From positions 21,801,309 to 21,865,308 of the forward strand of contig NC_092379.1 of assembly GCF_030028105.1 (NCBI RefSeq): a stretch of DNA of 64,000 bases. The letters run 5' to 3'. A model generated the notes under the pieces. It saw only the letters and a program-made list of their open reading frames with translations, had not been told where the DNA came from and did not search any database. Each line of letters opens with the position of its first letter. Position 1 is the stretch's first letter. Positions 1-13,939 of this stretch are shown piece by piece. The translations under genes were made by a program, and so were the position numbers. Source of the DNA: Mobula birostris. Its lineage: Eukaryota.

Positions 1-304
1 CTTCCGCTAATGCCCCACCTCCCCCTCGTACCCCATCTGTTACTTATTTTTATACACACATTCTTTCTCTCACTCTCCTTTTTCTCCCTCTGTCCCTCTG
101 AATATACCCCTTGCCCATGCTCTGGGTGCCCCCCCTCATTTTCTTTCTTCCCGGACCTCCTGTCCCATGATCCTCTTGTATCCCTTTTGCCAATCACCTA
201 TGCAGCTCTTGGCTCCATCCCTCCCCCTCCTGTCTTCTCCTATCATTTTGGATCTCTCCCTCCCCCTCCAACTTTCAAATCTCTTACTCACTCTTCCTTC
301 AGTT

Positions 305-340
305 AGTCCTGACGAAGGGTCTCGGCCTGAAACTTCGACT
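305..340 (+). ncRNA. Hammerhead ribozyme copy with mutated stem III, at the end of a Penelope-like terminal repeat
   Basis: agtc-CTGACGA-agggtctcggcct-GAAAC-TTC-gact; G>T breaks the ACGT palindrome. Confidence 0.6.
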
Positions 341-459
341 GCACCTCTTCCTGGAGATGCTGCCTGGCCTGCTGCATTCACCAGCGACTTTGGTGTGTGT
401 TGCTTGAATTTCCAGCATCTGCAGAATTCCTGTTGTTTGCGCCTATAATCACCAAGATC

Positions 460-3400
460 CTTTTCTGTAGTGAATACTGAAGCTAAGTATTCATTAAGTA
501 CCTGTGCTATTTCCTCCGGTTCCATACACACTTTCCCACTGTCACACTTGATAGGTCCTATTCATTCACGTCTTATCCTCTTGCTCTTCACATACTTGTA
601 GAATGCCTTGGGATTTTCCTTAATCCTGCCCGCCAAGGCCTTCTCATAGCCCCTTCTGGCTCTCCTAATTTCCTTCTTAAGCTCTTTCCTGTTAGTCTTA
701 TAATCTTCTAGATCTCTAACATTACCTAGCTCTCTGAACCTTTCATAAGCTTTTCTTTTCTTCTTGACTAGATTTACTGCAGCCTTTGTACACCACGGTT
801 CCTGTACCCTACCATAACTTCCCTGTCCCATTGGAATGTACCTATGCAGAACTCTACACAAATATCCCCTGAACATTTGCCACATTTCTTCCATACCTTT
901 CCCGAGAACATCTGTTCCCAATTTAAGCTTCCAAGTTCCTGCCTGATAACCTCCTAATTCTCCTTACTCCAATTAAACACTTTTCTAACTTGCAACACAC
1001 ATAAAAGTTGCTGGTGAACGCAGCAGGCCAGGCAGCATCTTCTAGGAAGAGGTGCAGTCGACGTTTCAGGCTGAGACCCGTCGTCAGGACTTTTCTAACT
1101 TTTTCCTTTTTCTCGCCAATACTATTGTAAATGAGATAGAATAATGATCACTATCTCCAAAATGCTCTCCCACTGAGAGATCTGACACCTGACCAGGTTC
1201 ATTTCCCAATACCAAATCAAGTAGTCTCTCCTCTTGTAGGCTCATCTACATATTGTGTCTAGAAACCCTCCTGAACACACCTAACAAACTACACCCCATT
1301 TAAACCCTTTGCTCTGGGGAGATGCCAATCGATATTTGGGAAATTAAATCAACCACCACGACAACTATGTTATGATTACACCTTTCCAGGATCTGTTTCC
1401 CTACCTGCTCCTCGATATCCCTGTTATTATTGGGTGACCGAAAAAAACACCCAGTAGAGTTATTGACCCCTTCCTGTTCCTAACTTCCATCCACAGAGAC
1501 TCCGTAGACAATCCCTCCATGACATCCACCTTTTTTGCAACCGTGACACTATCTCTGATCAACAGTGCCACGCCCTCACCTCTTTTGCCTCCCTCCCTGT
1601 CCTTTCTGAAACATCTAAAACCCGGCACTTGAAGTAACCATTCCTGTCCCTGAACCATCCAAGTCTCTGTAATGGCCAACATATCATAGCTCGAAGTACT
1701 GATCCACGCTCTAAGCTCATCCGCTTTGTTCACAATACTTCTTTCATTAAAATAGACACATCTCAAACTGTCGGTCTGAGTGCGTCCCTTCTCTATCACC
1801 TGCCTTTCCTCCCTCACACACTGTCTCCAAGCTTTCTCTATTTGTGAGCCAATCGCCTCTTCCCCAGTCTCTTCAGTTCGGTTCCCACCCCCGAAAAATT
1901 CTAGTTTAAACTCTCCCCAGTAGCCTTAGCAAACCTCCCCGCCAGGGTAATAGTCCCCTGGGATTCAAGTGCAACCTGTCATTTTTGTACAGGTCACACC
2001 TGCCCCAAAAGAGGTCCCAATGATCCAGAAATCTGAATTCCTGTCCCCGCTCCAATCCCTCAGCCACACATTTTTCCTCCACCTCATTCTATTCCTATAC
2101 TCACTGTCACATGGCACAGACAGTAATCCTGAGATTACATAGCACATAGAATAGTACAGCACATTACAGGCCCTTCGGCCCACAATGTTGTGCCGACCCT
2201 CAAACCCTGCCTCCCATATAATCCCCTACCTTACATTCCTCCATATACCTGTCCAGTAGTCTCTTAAACTTCACGAGTGTACCTGCCTCCACCACTGACT
2301 CAGGCAGTGCATTCCACACACCAACCACTCTGTGAGTTAAAAACCTTCCTCTAATATCCCCCTTGAACTTCCCACCCCTTACCTTAAAGCCATGTCTTCT
2401 TGTCATCAGCAGTGGTGCCCTGGGGAAGGGGTGCTGGCTATCCACTCTATCTATTCCTCTTAATATCTTGTACACCTCTATCATGTCTCCTCTCATCCTC
2501 CTTCTCTCCAAAGAGTAAAGCCCTAGCTCCCTTAAACTCTGATCATAATCCGTACTTTCTAAACCAGGGAGCATCCTGGTAAATCTCCTCTGTACCCTTT
2601 CCAATGCTTCCACATCCTTCCTATAGTGAGGCGACCAGAACTGGACACAGTACTCCATGTGTGGCCTAACCAGAGTTTTATAGAGCTGCATCATTACATG
2701 GCGACTCTTAAACTCTATCCCTTGACTTATGAAAGCGAACACCCCATAAGCTTTCTTTATTACCCTGTCTACCTGTGAGGCAACTTTCAGGGATCTGTGG
2801 ACATGTGCCCCCAGATCCCTCTGCTCCTCCACACTACCAAGTATCCTGCCATTTACTTTGTACTCTGCCTTGGAGTTTGGCCTTCCAAAGTGTACCCCCT
2901 CTAACTTTACGGTCCTGCTTCTCAACTTCCTTCCTAACTCCCTGTAATTTGTTTTCAGGACAATATGTACCACGACCTCTGGCTGTTCTCCCTCCCACTG
3001 CAGGATATCGTGGACGCGATCGGAAACATCCCGGACCTTGGCACCTAGGAGGCAAACTACCATCCCAGTTTCTTTCCTGCATCCACAGAATCGCCTGTCT
3101 GAACCCCTAACTATAGAGTCCCCTATCACTACTGCCTTTCTCTTCCTTTCCCTACCCTTCTGATCCACAGGGCCAGACTCTGTGCCCGAGGCATGGCTGC
3201 TTCCCCTAGGTAGGCTGTCCCCCCCACCCCCAACAGTAATCAAACAGGAGTACTTATTGTTCAGGGGGACAGCCACAGGGGTACTCTCGAGTACCTGGCT
3301 CTTCCCCTTCCCTCTCCTGACTGCGACCCACTTGCCTGGCTCCTGTGGCCTTGGTGTGATCACTGGCCTATAACTATTTTCTATCACCTCCTTGCTCTCC

Positions 3401-3790
3401 CTGACCAGACGAAGGTCATCAAGCTGCAACTCCAGTTCCCTAACGCGGTCCCTTAGGAGCTGCAGCTCGACACACCGGGTGCAGATATGGCCGTCCGGGA
3501 GGCTGGCAGACTCCAGGACCTCCCACATCTGACACCGAGCACAGAACACCGGCCTCACACACATACCTCCTTTCTACAATTAACACAGGTAAACCTACCT
3601 CACCTCATCCCGTTACTGCCTAAGCCCGTTGAGCTTAAGCCCTCTCACTCCGCTGCCTGCTGGATATGGCAGTCTTTAAACATTTCCCGCTCTACCGGCA
3701 GACATCACGCGCCTGCGCAGTCTTGCCTCTCTTTACCCTGAGTAGTAAAATGCCTTCGCTCCAGAAATCCTCAGCCGTTCCACTCGCAGC
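460..3790 (-). mobile_element. CR1 LINE (ORF1 zinc finger and esterase, ORF2 endonuclease and RT start) with nested CR1 3' fragment at about 2140-2912
   Basis: CARCQMWE...CTRCVEL and VIGDSIVRG motifs; endonuclease YFNERSIVNK; nested piece ends in a typical CR1 3' tail and ORF1 resumes after it (VISGLL...). Confidence 0.88.
1056..1091 (-). ncRNA. Minimal type I hammerhead ribozyme (Penelope-type)
   Basis: agtc-CTGACGA-cgggtctcagcct-GAAAC-GTC-gact on the minus strand. Confidence 0.72.
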
Positions 3791-4999
3791 CTTCTTGCTT
3801 AGAAAGTAGTCTACACTTTATCATATCTGCCACTTCTTTGCCCATTTTTAAAATCTGTCTAAGTATTTCTGTAGCCTCTCTGCTTTATCAACTCTATCTG
3901 CCTTTCCACCTCTCTCAGTATCATCCACAAACTTGGCCATAAAAGCCATCAATTTTGTAATCCAATTCACTGACATTTTACATGAAAAGATGCAGTCCAA
4001 ACACAGACCCTTGTGGAACATCACGAGTCACCAGCAGCTAACCAGAAAAGGCTCCCTTTATTCCTACTTTTTGCCTCCTACCAATCAGAGAATGTTCTAT
4101 CCAGGTTCGTATCTCTCCTGTAGAACTATGGGTCATTTGGCAACACACACACTATGCTGGAAGAGTTCAGCAGGCCTGGTAGCACCTACAATAAAGAGTA
4201 AACCATCAAAGTTTCAGACTGATGAAGGGTCTTGGTCTGAATCATTGTTTGTTAACTCTTTTCCATAGATGTTGCCTGGCATGATCCTGCCTTTAGAATA
4301 TTTCTTCTTTGGGGTCCATCTGTATTGTGCCTTTCAAATTGCTCCCAGATAATCCAGCCATTTCTGCTGTGCCGTCATCCCTTCTAGTGTCCCCTTCCAA
4401 TCAATTTTGGCCCACTCCTCCCTCATACCTCTGTAATTCCCTTCACTCCACTGTAATACTGACTTTAGATTCTCCTTTTCAAATTAATTGCAGGGTGCAT
4501 TACATCATATTATGATCACTGGCTCCCAAGTGTTCCCTTACCTAAAACTGCCCACTCTATTCTGGTTCATTGCACAATGCCCAATCCAGAGTAATTGCCA
4601 AGTGGGCTCATTCACCCCTAATCTAAAAAAAAACTCGTAGGAATTCGACAAATTCTTTCCCTTGGGATGCGGCACCAAAATAATTTACTACAGCTTGGGC
4701 CATTTTGGCTGCACTGGTGAGCCGAACCAGCTACAAAGTAAATCAAAAACACCCAAGCACCAATCCCTACCACCTACACCATGTCCATATCCCCCCTTCT
4801 TCCCTATATCCACTTGCCTCTTCAAACATCTCTAATGTACTTGCGTCTACCACCACACCAGGCTGCGCATTCCAGACATCCTCCACTCTCTGCATATAAA
4901 ACTCACCCCTCATATCCCCTTCGACCTACACCCCTTTACCTAAAATTCATTCCCTCTGGTATTACATGTTTCAACCCAGGGAAAGAGATACTCTCTGTC

Positions 5000-6185
5000 C
5001 ACACAACACACACACAATGCTGGTGCAACGCAGCAGGCCAGGCAGCATCTAAAGGAAGAAGTACAGTCAACGTTTCAGGTTGAAACTCTTCGTCAGGACA
5101 GGAGGGGGTGGGATGAAGTCAAGAGCTGGGAAGTTGATTGGAAAAAGGGATACAAGGCTGGGGAAGGGGGAGTATCATGGGACAGAAGGCCTTGGAAGAA
5201 AGAAGAGGGGAGGGGAGCACCAGAGCAAGATGGAGAACAGGCAAGGAGTTGTTGTGAGAGGGAAAGAGAGAAAAAAATTATAATAATGATAATAAATAAT
5301 AAGGGATGGAGTAAGAAGGAGAGGAGGGGTATTAACAGAAGTTAGAGAAATCGATGTTCATGCCATCAGGTTGGAGGCTACCCAGACGGAATATAATGTG
5401 TTGTTCCTCCAACCTAAGTGTGGCTTCATCTCGAGAGTAGAAGAGGCCATAGATTGACATATTGGAATGGGAATGGGACGTAGGATTAAAATGTGTGGCC
5501 ACAGGGAGATCCTGCTTCCTCCAGCGGACAGAGTGTAGGTGTTCAGTGAAGCAGTCTCCCAATCTGCGTCGGGTCTCACCAATATATAGAAGGCCACACT
5601 GGGAGCACCGAATACAGTATATCACACCAGCAGACTCACAGGTGAAGAGTCATCTCACCTGGAAGGACTGTCTGGGGCCCTGAATGGTGGTGAGGGAGGA
5701 AGTGTAAGGACAGGTGTAGAACTTGTTCCGCTTACCAAGGTAAGTGCCAGGAGGGAGATCAGTGGGAAGGGATAGGGGTGATGAATGGACAAAGGAGTCG
5801 TGTAGGGAGCGATCCCTGTGGAAAGCAGAAAGTGGGGGGGGGTAGGGAAAAATGTGCTTTATGCTGGGGTCCCATTGTAGGTGGCGGAAGTTATGGAGAA
5901 TTATATGTTGGACACGGAGGCTGGTGGGGTGGTAGATGAGGACAAGAGGAACCCTATCCCTAGTGGGGTGGTGGGAGGATGGGGTGAGAGCGGGTGTGCG
6001 TGAAATGAGAGAGATGCATTTGAGGGTTGAGTCGATGGTGGAGAAAGGGAAGCCCCTTTCTTTAAAAAAGGAAGACATCTCCTTCGTCCTGGAATGGAAA
6101 GCCTCATTCTGAGAGCAGATGCGGTGGAGACGGAGAAATTGAGAGAAGGGGGTGACACTTTTACAAGTAACAGTGTGGGAAGAGG
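5000..6185 (-). mobile_element. Penelope-like element 3' part (RT C-terminus, GIY-YIG endonuclease, terminal repeat)
   Basis: YCIRCSQCGLLYIGETRRRL...ATHF GIY-YIG signature at 5332-5625; hammerhead-like core near 5065-5100. Confidence 0.9.
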
Positions 6186-6189
6186 AATA

Positions 6190-9100
6190 CTCCAGGCAGC
6201 TTTGAGAGACGTGGGCTTATAGTAGACATCATTAGACCCAAACTCTCTGTCCACTTTATCATTGTCTCTCATAATCTTGCAAACCTCTATCAGATTCTGC
6301 CACCCCTCAGCCTCCAACGCTCCAGAGAAAACAACCCAAGTTTATGTGGCCTCTCCTGCTTGCATGTTCCCTCGAAACCAGGCAGCATCCTGGCAAACAA
6401 CTTCTACACCCTCTCCAAAGCCTCAACTTCCTTCCAACGGTGGGGCAACCAGAACTGCATGCAGTACTTCAGTGTGGTCTAACCTGACTTTTATAAAAGT
6501 TGCAACATAACCTCCTGACTTTCGAACTCAATGCCTCGAATATTAAAAGCAAGCATTCCTTAAACCTTGTTAACCATCTTATTGACCTGTGTAGCCACTT
6601 TCAAGGAGTATGAACTTGGACCCCAAGATTTCTCTGCTCAACAACACTGTAAAAGACCTTGCTGTTAAAGGTGTACTGTCTCTTTTCATTTGCCCTCCCG
6701 GGGTGTAACACCTCACATTTATCTGGATTAGACTCCATTCTGCCATTTCTCAGTCCACATCTGCAGCTGATCAATGTTGTGCTGTATTCTTTGCCAGTCT
6801 TCTACACTGCCAACAACTGCACCATTCTTGGTATCATTCACAAATTTACAAACCCACCCGTCCACATTTTCATCCAGATCATTTATATACATTACAGACA
6901 GCAGAAGTACCAGCACAGATACCTACGGAACTCCACTAATTACAGACCTCCAGCTTGAACAAGTCCCCTAAACCATTACCCTCTGTCTTCTATTCACAAG
7001 CCAGTTCTGAATCCAACAGCAAATTTGCTACGGATCCCATGTATGTTAATCTTCTGGATTAGCCTCCCACGGGGGACTTTGTCAAATGCCCTCCTAAAAT
7101 CCATGTAGACAACAACCACTGCCCCACCCTCATCAATCTGTCTTGTCACCTTGTCAAAAAACTCTATCAAGTTGGTAAGGCACAACCTACCACGCTTAAA
7201 GCCATGCTGTCTCGCCCCAATTAGGCCATGGGTTTCCAAATGCTCAGATATCCTATCCTTATGATTTTTATTGGGCAATTTCCCTTCAGTTGAAGTGAGA
7301 TTTACTGGTCCATAGTTCCCACAATTCTCCCTTTTTCCCTTCTTAAATCGAGGTACAATATTAGCCACTCTCCGGTCTTCAGGGACCTCACCTGTGGCGA
7401 GAGAGGACACAAAGATGCTGGTCAAGGGCCCAGCAAGCTCACATCTTGCATCCTTCAATAACCTGGAGTCAATTACATCTGGCCCTGAGGAGTTATCCAT
7501 CTTAATCCTGATCAGGAGGTCCAACACTTCTTTCTCCTTGACCTCTAAATGCCCGAATGTATTTATATACTCAGCACTGATCTCCTGGTCCTCCATATCC
7601 TTTTCCTTGGTAAGTACTGAACCAAAGTACTCACTTGGCACCTCACTCACATTCTCTGCATTCAAGCAAATGTCCCCTCTCCCCATTCTTGAGTGGTCCC
7701 ACCCTGTTCTAAGTTATCATCTTCCTCTCGGTGTCTGTATAAAATGCCTTGAGATTCACCTTAATCCCACTTGCCAAGGACTTTTCATGGCCCTTGCTGG
7801 CTTTCCTCATTCCCTTTACTTCCTTTCTCGTTTCTTTACACTCCCCATGTGCTTCCTTTGATCCAAACATCTGAAACTTTACATACTTCTTTTCCTTCTT
7901 GACTAAATTCATCACCTCTCTGGATATCCAAGGTTCTCTTATATTTCCATCCCCATCCTTCCTTCTAACAGGTACATACCTTTCCTGTACTCTGTGCAAT
8001 TGCTCTTTAAACACCCTGCATTCTTTAAGAAGGGAGGAAGGCAAAATAAAGGAAATTATAGGCGAGTTATCCAAAACTCAGTGGTTGGGAAGTGTTGAAG
8101 TCTCTTTCTTTAGGATGAGGTTTGGGGTATTTGGAGACGAATGATAACATTTGTCAAAGTCAGCGTCGTTTCTGCAATGGGAAATCTTGCCTGACAAATC
8201 TGTTAGAGTTCTTCGAGGAACTAACAAGCAGGCTGGACAAAGGAGAGGCAGTGAATGGTACTTACTTGGATTTTGAAAAGTTATTTGATAAGGAACAACA
8301 CATGAGGCTGCTTTACAAGATAAAATTGAATGGTGTTACAGGAGAGATATTGACATGGACAGAGGAATGACTGACAGGTAGGAGGCAGCAAGTGGGAATA
8401 AAAAGGCCCTTCTCTGGTTGGTTGCCATTGACTAGTGATGTTCCTCAGTATTGAAACCGCTACTTTTCACATTGTTTGGTTATGATTCAGATAATGGAAT
8501 TAATGGCTCTGTAGCAAAGTTTGTGGATGATACAAAGATAGGTGGAGGGGTAGGTAGTCCTGAGGAAGCAATGCAATTGCAGTAGGACTTAGATAAATTG
8601 GAAGAATGGGCAAAAAGTGGCAGATGGAATACAATCTTGGGAAATACATGGTAATGCATTTTGGTAAATGAAACTATAGTGCAGACTACCATCTAAATGG
8701 GGAGAAGGTTCAAACAACAGAGGTGCAAGGGGACTTAGGAGTCCTCGTGTAAGACTCTCAGAAGTTTAATTTACAGGTTGAGTCTGTGGTGAAGAAGGCA
8801 AATGCAATATTAGCATTTATTTCATGGGAATAAAATATAAAGGCAAGGAGATATTGCTGAGGCTTTAAAAGACACTAATCAGGCTGCACTTGGAGTATTG
8901 TCAACAGTTTTGGACCCCTTATCTCAGAAAGGGTGTGTTTTCATTGGAGAGAGTCACGAGGATAATTCCAGAAATGAAGGGGTTAACATATGAGGAGAGT
9001 TTGGCAGTGTTGGGCCTGGACTCGCTGGAACTTAGCAGAATGCAGACAGATCTCATTGAAACCTAGTGAATGTTGAAAGGACGAGATAGGGTGGATATAG

Positions 9101-11990
9101 AGAGGATGATTCCTATGGTGGGAGTATGCAGAACAAGAGTGCACAGTCTCAAAATTGAGGGGGATCTTTCAGAACAGAGGTAAGGAGGATTTTTTTTTAG
9201 CCTGAGAGTAGTGAATTTGTGTGTTGGCGTGTGGCCAATTGATGAACGCATCTGTCTAGTGATCTGAAGATCACTGGTTTGAGCCTCAGCTAAGGCAGTG
9301 TGTTGTGTCCTTGAGCAAGGCACTTAACCACACATTGCTCTGCGACGACACTGGTGCCAATCTGAATTGGCCCGAGTCCCTTCCTTTGGACAACATCAGT
9401 GGCATGGAGAGGGGAGACTTGCAGCATGGGCAACTACCGGTCTTTGATACAACCTTGCCCAGGCCAAATCCATGGTTTCACGAGACTACAGATGCCTAAA
9501 GTGAAACTGTGGAATGGTCTGTCACAGACTGCAGTGGAGGCCAATTCTGTGGGCATATTTAAGGCACGTTGATATTTTCCTGATCAGGGTATCTAAGGAT
9601 ATGGTGAGAAGGCAGGTTTATGGGGTTGAGTGGAATCCAGGATCAGCCATGATGGAATGGCAGTACAGCCTTGATGGGCAGAATGGCCTAATACTGCTCC
9701 TGTCTCATGGTCTTATGTCTGATGTGGACTTGCCAGAGAAAAGGTGTTCCCAATTAACGCTTCTTCGTTCTTGCCTAATGCCCTTGTAAATTGCCCTGTG
9801 TCAATTTAAATCTCTTCCACAAGGACCATACCTATTCTTTCGATAACTATCCTGAAAGTTAACAAGTTGTGGTCATGATTCCCGAACTGTTCACCCACTG
9901 AAAGGTTAATCACCTGGCCAGGGTCATTCCCCAAAACCAGGAACAGTATGGCCAACCGCCATAAAAAACTCAGAAACCTATTGACCATTGAAAGGCCCAG
10001 ATGGGGTTGATGCAGAGAGGATGTCTGCGAGAGTGTCGGGATGTAAGTATACACAGGCCATTCCCACCGGAGGCTGTTTGCGGAGGGAAGACAGAGAAGG
10101 GAAACGTCAGAGAAAATGTCAGGTAGACACAGTGAACCAGACCTCCCACCTACCTGTTTCTATCCCTGCAGCCATTGATTAAAAGGTCTGCTGGTCCTCC
10201 CACCTGTCTTTTATCTGGTTAGAGAAACATGCCAACCGCCTGTCTCTATTGGTTGGAGGTCTGCATGTTGCCACCCTCGCTTTTTATCTCCATCGGTTTG
10301 CCTGCAGATCCGACACACAGCTTGCCTCACCATTGGTGACGTTTGTTTAAAATCGTGGCAGGGGCTGAATGCCACGAAAATTTTTCAGAAAGGTCCATTT
10401 GGTTCATAAAATTAAAGTAGATGTTTCAGCAAAGCTGTAAAATTGTGAAAAGGACAAGACTTGTGATTGAACACAGAAAACTTTGGGAACAAAGGTGCAG
10501 CAGCTTTACGCCTGCACTGAACGGCGATGTTTACCGTTCGTTGCCGTTTAAATTATCAACATTACATCCTTGATTTTATATTCTAGTCCTCTACATCACA
10601 TTGCCTTCCTCACCACCGACTGCAAATTAACCTTTCGAGTATCCTGCACGAGGACTCGCAAAACACTTTGCGTCTCAGTGTTTCATATTTTCTGTCTATT
10701 TTGAAAATAGTCAACCCTTTCATTTCTTCTGCCAAAGAGCATGACCATACACTTCCCGAATTGTATTCCATCTGCCTCTTCTTTGCCCATTCTTCTAATC
10801 TGTCTATCTTTCTGTAGCCTCTCTACTTCCTCAAGATGACCTGCCTCTCGACCTGTCTTCATATCGTCTGCAAACTTTGCAACAAAGCCATCAAGTCCAA
10901 CATCCAAATCGTTGACATATAATGTAAAAAGAATCATTCCGAATAAAGACCTCTGTGGAACACCACTAGTCACCTGCAGCCAACCATAAAAGTCTCCCTT
11001 TATTCCCACTCTTTGCCTCCAACCAATCAGTCACTGCTTTAAACATCCTGGAAATTTTCCTGTCGTACCATGGGCTCGTAGCTTGTTAAGCAGCCTCATG
11101 TGTGGCAGCTTGCTGAAGGCTTTCTGAAAATCCAAGCACACAACATCAACTGATTCTCCTTTGTCTATCTTGCTTTTTATTTCTACAATGAATTCCAACA
11201 TATTTGTCATGAAAGATTTTCCTTTGAGAAAACCATGCTGACTTCTGCCTATCTTACCATGTGCCTTCAAGTACCCCAAAACCACAACTTAACAATCAAT
11301 TCCAACATCTTCTCAACCACTTAAGTCAGACTAACTGGCCTATACGTTCCTTCCTTCTGTCTCTCTCCCTTCTTGAAGAGCAGAATGGCATTTGTAATTT
11401 CCCAGAATTCTGGAACTATTCCAGAATCTAGGGATTCTTGAAAAATCACAGTTAATGCCTCTACAATCTCCAAAGCTACCTCCTTCTGAACCCTCGTGTG
11501 TACACCATCAGGTCCAGGTGATTTATCTACCTTCAGACCTTTCTATTTCTCAAAAATCTTCTCCGTAGTAATGGCAGCTTCACACACGTCATGACCCCGA
11601 TGCCCGGATGTTCTATCAGACTGCTCATGTCTTCCTCAGCGAAGAGTGATGCAAAATATTTATTCAGTTCCTCCTGCATTTCCTTGTCCCCTATTACTAC
11701 CTTTCCAGCATTGATTTCCACTCTTGCCTCTCTTCTACACTTTATGTATCTGAAGCGACTTTTGGTGTTTCTTTAATATTATTGAGTAGCTTACTTTAGC
11801 ATTCCATCTGATTCTCCTTGTTGACTTTTTTAGTTGCCTTCTGTTGATTTTAAATGCTTACCAACCCTCCAAATTCCCACCAATTCCAGCTCAATTATAT
11901 GCCCTCTCTTTGGCTGTTATGTTGCCTTTGAGTTCCCTTGATACCATAATTGTGTCATCTTGCCTTTTGAACACTTCTTCCTCTTCAAAT
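6190..11990. mobile_element. Mosaic of decayed CR1 ORF2 fragments in both orientations
   Basis: RT motifs (DFRRAFDKVP, YINDLDE, KFVNDTK) in ORFs 6994-7686, 8122-8370, 10683-11285; interrupted by a SINE near 9225-9500. Confidence 0.82.
9225..9500 (+). mobile_element. tRNA-derived SINE inserted in a CR1 3' end
   Basis: Degenerate A/B boxes followed by gtgtccttgagcaaggcacttaacc core; splits the CR1 tail. Confidence 0.55.
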
Positions 11991-12229
11991 CCCCGTCTGA
12001 ATCCTCAGGCAACAGCAATAAGGCATTACTGAGGGTTATTTCCCTCTTGGAAAAAGACTTCAAGGGTCAGCGTAAAGGAGACTTATCCCTTCCTTTGGAA
12101 CTGGCGGCTGGATTCCATAAGCTTGGCTGCAAGTTCCCCAGACTGTTCAGGTATTTGCTTTGTCCTGTCCTGATCGAGAGGACATGACTAGATAGTGTTT
12201 GGACTCACAGAGTCCTATTGACTGGAAAT

Positions 12230-13760
12230 GGCTTGTTTGTCCTTGAGGGCAGGACTTGGTCTCTAGGAGGTCTCAGGTTACCTCACACTGAAGGCTGCCC
12301 TCTAATTAGTTCTTGGTCACAGGAGTGTTTGCGTCTCGGAATACCATGGTGCAAATAAAACCTCTTACGATGAATGGACCAAGCAATGATTCTGCCCTTT
12401 CTCCAGTCCACGGATGGGTTATACTGGGACAGCCCAGGGTACCTGAGGATCAGTGATATGAGTGAAGAGTCAATAATGTGGAAGCTAGTGTCTTCCACAT
12501 GACCCCTATCCTCATCTGCAAATCCACAATCTGTTGCTGGATCTGCCCGGAACCTAGTGGGCGACCGTCCAAGACAGTTGCGGGCATGTGTTGGCTCAAC
12601 TCTCACAGCGGTATGTGGAACCGATGGGTGGTTCTTAAATCCAGAAAATAACCCACTGTCCCAGAGTCCAGGCAGCTCTCACCTGCCTTAAGTTTTTACC
12701 CCGGGTGAACTCTGCCTTCAGCATGAACCCAGAGTCAGTTGTACTGGGAGTAGTGACTGCCACCGTCACAGTCCTCCTGATACTGGATGATCTTAGCAGT
12801 CTCGACGGTTGCAGCCTGGGACACTCGGCTCACCAGTGACATACTCCCCCACAGTAAAAGCAGCGACTCTGACGCCGGGACCTTTCATCACCGGAGAGCC
12901 CAGCACAACCGACCTGCATGAGTTCGACTGGATCTTGAGCAGCGACGGGCTGGTTATGGTCCGAGGTTGTGGGGTGGAACTGTGTTGCATGGGGACTGGG
13001 CTCAAACTGGCTCACTTTGATTTCCTGAGGTGGTCCCACTTTCGCTCTGCCAGACGATTGTTGAGACGGACGGACTGGTCACTCAAAGCCTCGAAGATCT
13101 CAGCTGGCTCTCCCAAAACGAGGCATCCTTTAGTTCTTCTGTGGTGGTAGAGCATGGCCATGGCCTCTCCATTCCAACCACTCTTCTGGGACAAGGTCCA
13201 AAATTCAATTGCGTTGTCGGCTGTGGACCATCCCCCCTGTCGAATCTTCATCAGCCGGTCTGAGTCTCAGCTGGCTCCAGTGAGGTGATTAAACACCTTC
13301 CTCATGGCAGCCATGAATTCCTCTGAATCCGAGCAGATCTCAGACCGATGTTCCCAATGCGCAGTGGCCAAGGCCAGGACTTTTCCAGTCCTGGAGAGAA
13401 AATGAAGGCCACCTTTCCTCGCTCTGAAAGGAACTGGGACAGCTGTAGTTCAAACACGAGTGAGCATTGGCTGAGGAAGCCACGGTAAGAACCCGAGTCA
13501 CTGTCGAATCTCTGCAGGGTTGGGAGACCTGCTGGCTCCACAGAAGCACCAACTGGCTCTCCCGAGTGACCTTGGCTTCCTCCCTGAGAAAGTTGATGAA
13601 CAGGTACCAGGAGGTCGTTAATCTCCAGACCTTGTCTGGAAATCCTTTCACTGTGGCTCACCACAGTGGACGAAAGACTTTGATATTGCACTGGGTCCAT
13701 GTTGGCTCAATCGTACTGAGACAAGAGTCCTTGATAAGGATGGTTTGGACCTAATTGCCG
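12230..13760 (-). mobile_element. Sushi/Ty3-gypsy-like gag-protease remnant
   Basis: Frameshifted gag (FLSQCSLVFELQ..., CFYCGGVCHW knuckle) and protease-like ...NPSVDWRKGRII segment. Confidence 0.75.
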
Positions 13761-13939
13761 GGGTAAATGAAGCAAGGTTCTAGTCAGGGTATCAAATTAG
13801 AGCTGAGCACAATACTAAGCTGGATGATAGCACAAAGCAGCTTACGATTGAGCGCTGAACTTCTGTTCAGTTGTTCCTTCAATACTCAATTCTTGGCACA
13901 CAAACATGATTATCAATTAGCAGGACCGTCCTGATCCCT

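Noticed and set aside
2200-3564. 454-aa ORF fusing a zinc finger/esterase to an RT C-terminus, possible novel gene
   Set aside because: A CR1 3' fragment inserted into ORF1 of another CR1 and is in frame by chance; ORF1 resumes after the nested tail.
10040-10686. Possible solo LTR (TG...CA, ATTAAA) or TM2-bearing unique island
   Set aside because: No target-site duplication and no TM2-like exon found; cannot classify without a repeat library.
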